Below, one piece after another: positions 63,001-64,000 of a stretch of 64,000 nucleotides of DNA. This stretch comes from Myxococcota bacterium (GTDB lineage: Bacteria; Myxococcota_A; UBA796; UBA2385): assembly GCA_044344255.1 (NCBI GenBank), contig JBIJDH010000003.1, positions 32,001-96,000 on the forward strand. The letters are read 5' to 3'. Positions within the stretch are counted from its first letter, which is position 1; each line of letters begins with the position of its first letter. The notes below the pieces were generated by a model. That model saw only the letters and a list, made by a program, of their open reading frames with translations, made no database searches and was not told where the DNA came from. The translations under genes were made by a program, and so were the position numbers.

Positions 63001-64000
63001 CGACGAGGACTGCGACGGCCTCGCCGATGACGCCGACAGCTCCGTCTCCGCCGCCACCTATGGCGTCTACCACGCAGACGTAGACGGCGACGGTTGGGGA
63101 GATCTGGACGCTCCGGTGGGGGCCTGCGACGCGTCTCTCTCTGCGGTGGTGGACGACACCGACTGCGACGATCTCGACCCCGACATCAACCCCGATGCCA
63201 CCGAGGTCGCCGGCGACAGCGTGGACCAGGACTGTGACCTCAGCGAGCTCTGCTATGTGGACGCCGACGACGACGGATGGCGGACCGACACGGAGGTCGC
63301 CTCGACCACCCTGGACTGCAGCGGCCTCGGGGAGGCCCTCGCCTCTGACCCCGCTGATGACTGCGACGACGCCGACGCGGCCTTCCACCCCGACGCCACC
63401 GAAGACGACTGCGCCGATCCGAATGACTACAACTGCGACGGCTTCGTCGGCTACGCGGATGCGGATGGCGATGGCTACGCGGCCTGCGAGGAGTGCGACG
63501 ACGGGCTCTTCGCGGTGAACCCGAGCGCCACGGAGCTCTGCAACGGTATCGACGACAACTGCGACAGCAGCACCGATGGAGCCGACGCGGTCGGCGCCAC
63601 CGACTGGTACGCCGACCTCGACGGTGACCTCTACACCGACCCGACGGACGCTGTCGCCTCCTGCGACCCCCCCGAGGGCTACGCCGCGGCCTCGGCCGAG
63701 GCGGACTGTGACGATGGTGACGAGACGATCAACCCCGAGGCGCTGGAGGGAGTGGACGACGCGGTCGACCAGGACTGCGATGGCCTTGAGCTCTGCTACC
63801 TCGACCAGGACGACGACGGCTATCGGCCCGACGAGACGAGCACGCTGGAGAGCGCAGACCTGCTCTGTGACGCCTCCGGCGAGGCCACCGCCGAGGACCC
63901 GAGCGGGGACTGCGACGACCTCGAGGCGACGGTGTACCCGGGCGCCACCGAGGTCGCCGGGGACGGCGTCGATCAGGACTGCGACAGCATCGACCTCGCG
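60035..64000 (+). CDS. Giant surface lipoprotein with seven FG-GAP repeats and many MopE-type repeats (runs off the window edge)
   Basis: Manual translation gives MHRAPRFAPLVLLATSLLAC (lipobox), (F/Y)G.SVS.AGDVN.DGYDDV.VGA x7, then DCDD...NPGATEVCD repeats. There is no stop in the window, so it is absent from the ORF track. Confidence 0.9.
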   Translation, partial: MHRAPPLRPLVLLATSLLACGPEDGGTPIDSAPSEEPTAPLAGAATPDGASDGWLATVQERIAAEGRAFHLREGAFMADLPTAGLSARLDAEGVEVSGEGGEVLRLRSSAWGRGGDLLSIGARAPALGDCTAALDASGTCVRRVELEEAGLTEWWVGLGTGLEQGWVVEAPPAGEGALVVVVDVEGATSIDADGEEATLFDGEGRMWIVGGVSAWDTEGEPLPTRLLATDAGLRVEVDDTGAVYPVEIDPVYTTAATTLTGEATGNWFGWSVSGAGDVNNDGYDDVIVGACNYSSGTGRAYVYTGSASGVSTTAATTLTGEATGIRFGWSVSDAGDVNNDGYDDVIVGAFKYSYSTGRAYVYTGSASGVSTTAATTLTGEATGNQFGLSVSGAGDVNNDGYDDVIVGALRYSSNIGRTYVYAGSASGVSTTAVTTLTGGGSGYYFGLSVSGAGDVNGDGYDDVIVGAYGYSSDTGRAYVYAGSASGVSSTAATTLTGEATGNQFGWSVSDAGDVNNDGYDDVIVGATGYSSGTGRAYEYAGSASGVSTTAATTLTGEATYSEFGNSVSGAGDVNNDGYDDVIVGARGFSSTGRAYLYAGSASGVSTSAATTLTGEASSYYGHSVSDAGDVNNDGYDDVVVGASYYSYTTGRAYVYLGYSDDADGDGYAVALDCDDTDAAINPGATEVCDASDNDEDCDGHTDDADSSASAATKTSYYLDSDSDGYGGSTTGTYCDLPTGYTATFADCDDSVAAVNPGATEVCDAANTDEDCDGLKDDADSSASAATKSSYYLDSDGDGFGGSTTGAYCDLPTGYTATSTDCDDSVATVNPGATEVCDAADTDEDCDGLADDADSSAAAATMTTWYRDADSDGYAGTATTSTCDMPTGYLSTSTDCDDTQVAVNPGATEICDAANTDEDCDGLSDDADSSASAATKTGYYLDGDGDGYGSTTSAAWCDLPPGYATGSTDCDDFATGVNPGATEVCDAANTDEDCDGLADDADSSVSAATYGVYHADVDGDGWGDLDAPVGACDASLSAVVDDTDCDDLDPDINPDATEVAGDSVDQDCDLSELCYVDADDDGWRTDTEVASTTLDCSGLGEALASDPADDCDDADAAFHPDATEDDCADPNDYNCDGFVGYADADGDGYAACEECDDGLFAVNPSATELCNGIDDNCDSSTDGADAVGATDWYADLDGDLYTDPTDAVASCDPPEGYAAASAEADCDDGDETINPEALEGVDDAVDQDCDGLELCYLDQDDDGYRPDETSTLESADLLCDASGEATAEDPSGDCDDLEATVYPGATEVAGDGVDQDCDSIDLA
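60809..62002 (+). repeat. Seven about 177-bp (59-aa) near-identical FG-GAP coding repeats
   Basis: ctgaccgggg anchors at 60809, 60986, 61163, 61340, 61517, 61694 and 61868. Confidence 0.9.
62048..63050 (+). repeat. About 222-bp (74-aa) MopE-type coding repeats, with more divergent copies continuing to the window end
   Basis: gactgcga(c/t)gac anchors at 62048, 62270 and 62492 and onward. Confidence 0.8.

Overview
A very GC-rich bacterial chromosomal segment. The MopE-type Cys/Asp-repeat lipoproteins, eukaryotic-like Ser/Thr kinases, sigma-54 activator and TSP3-OmpA suggest a Myxococcota-like or related deltaproteobacterium (inference). About 41 CDSs were found, with no rRNA, tRNA, CRISPR array, integrase or transposase recognised. 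The housekeeping and metabolic genes are bioA (partial), a class-III aminotransferase, two ALDHs, dtd, a PAS histidine kinase, tandem HU genes, hrpB, two RNA methyltransferases, a UvrD-DEDDh fusion, a sigma-70 factor, an ECF/anti-sigma pair, a PilT-like ATPase and rsgA. Five regions stand out. (1) A compositionally distinct two-gene cassette (53699-56790, minus) encodes a compact double-SIS protein and a triple fusion of a divergent CTP-synthase amidoligase domain, a SAM methyltransferase and a cytidylate kinase, which is a candidate modified-pyrimidine nucleotide pathway. (2) An amnB / amnA::RidA fusion / kynB operon suggests a variant kynurenine catabolic route. (3) A sigma-54 module has an activator with nested AAA+ domains and two near-consensus -24/-12 promoters driving small secreted Cys-rich proteins. 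(4) A cytoplasmic kinase-TPR / orphan / subtilase triad. (5) A giant FG-GAP lipoprotein has homogenised 177-bp repeats with hypervariable loops. All calls come from manual motif recognition; no database searches were run.
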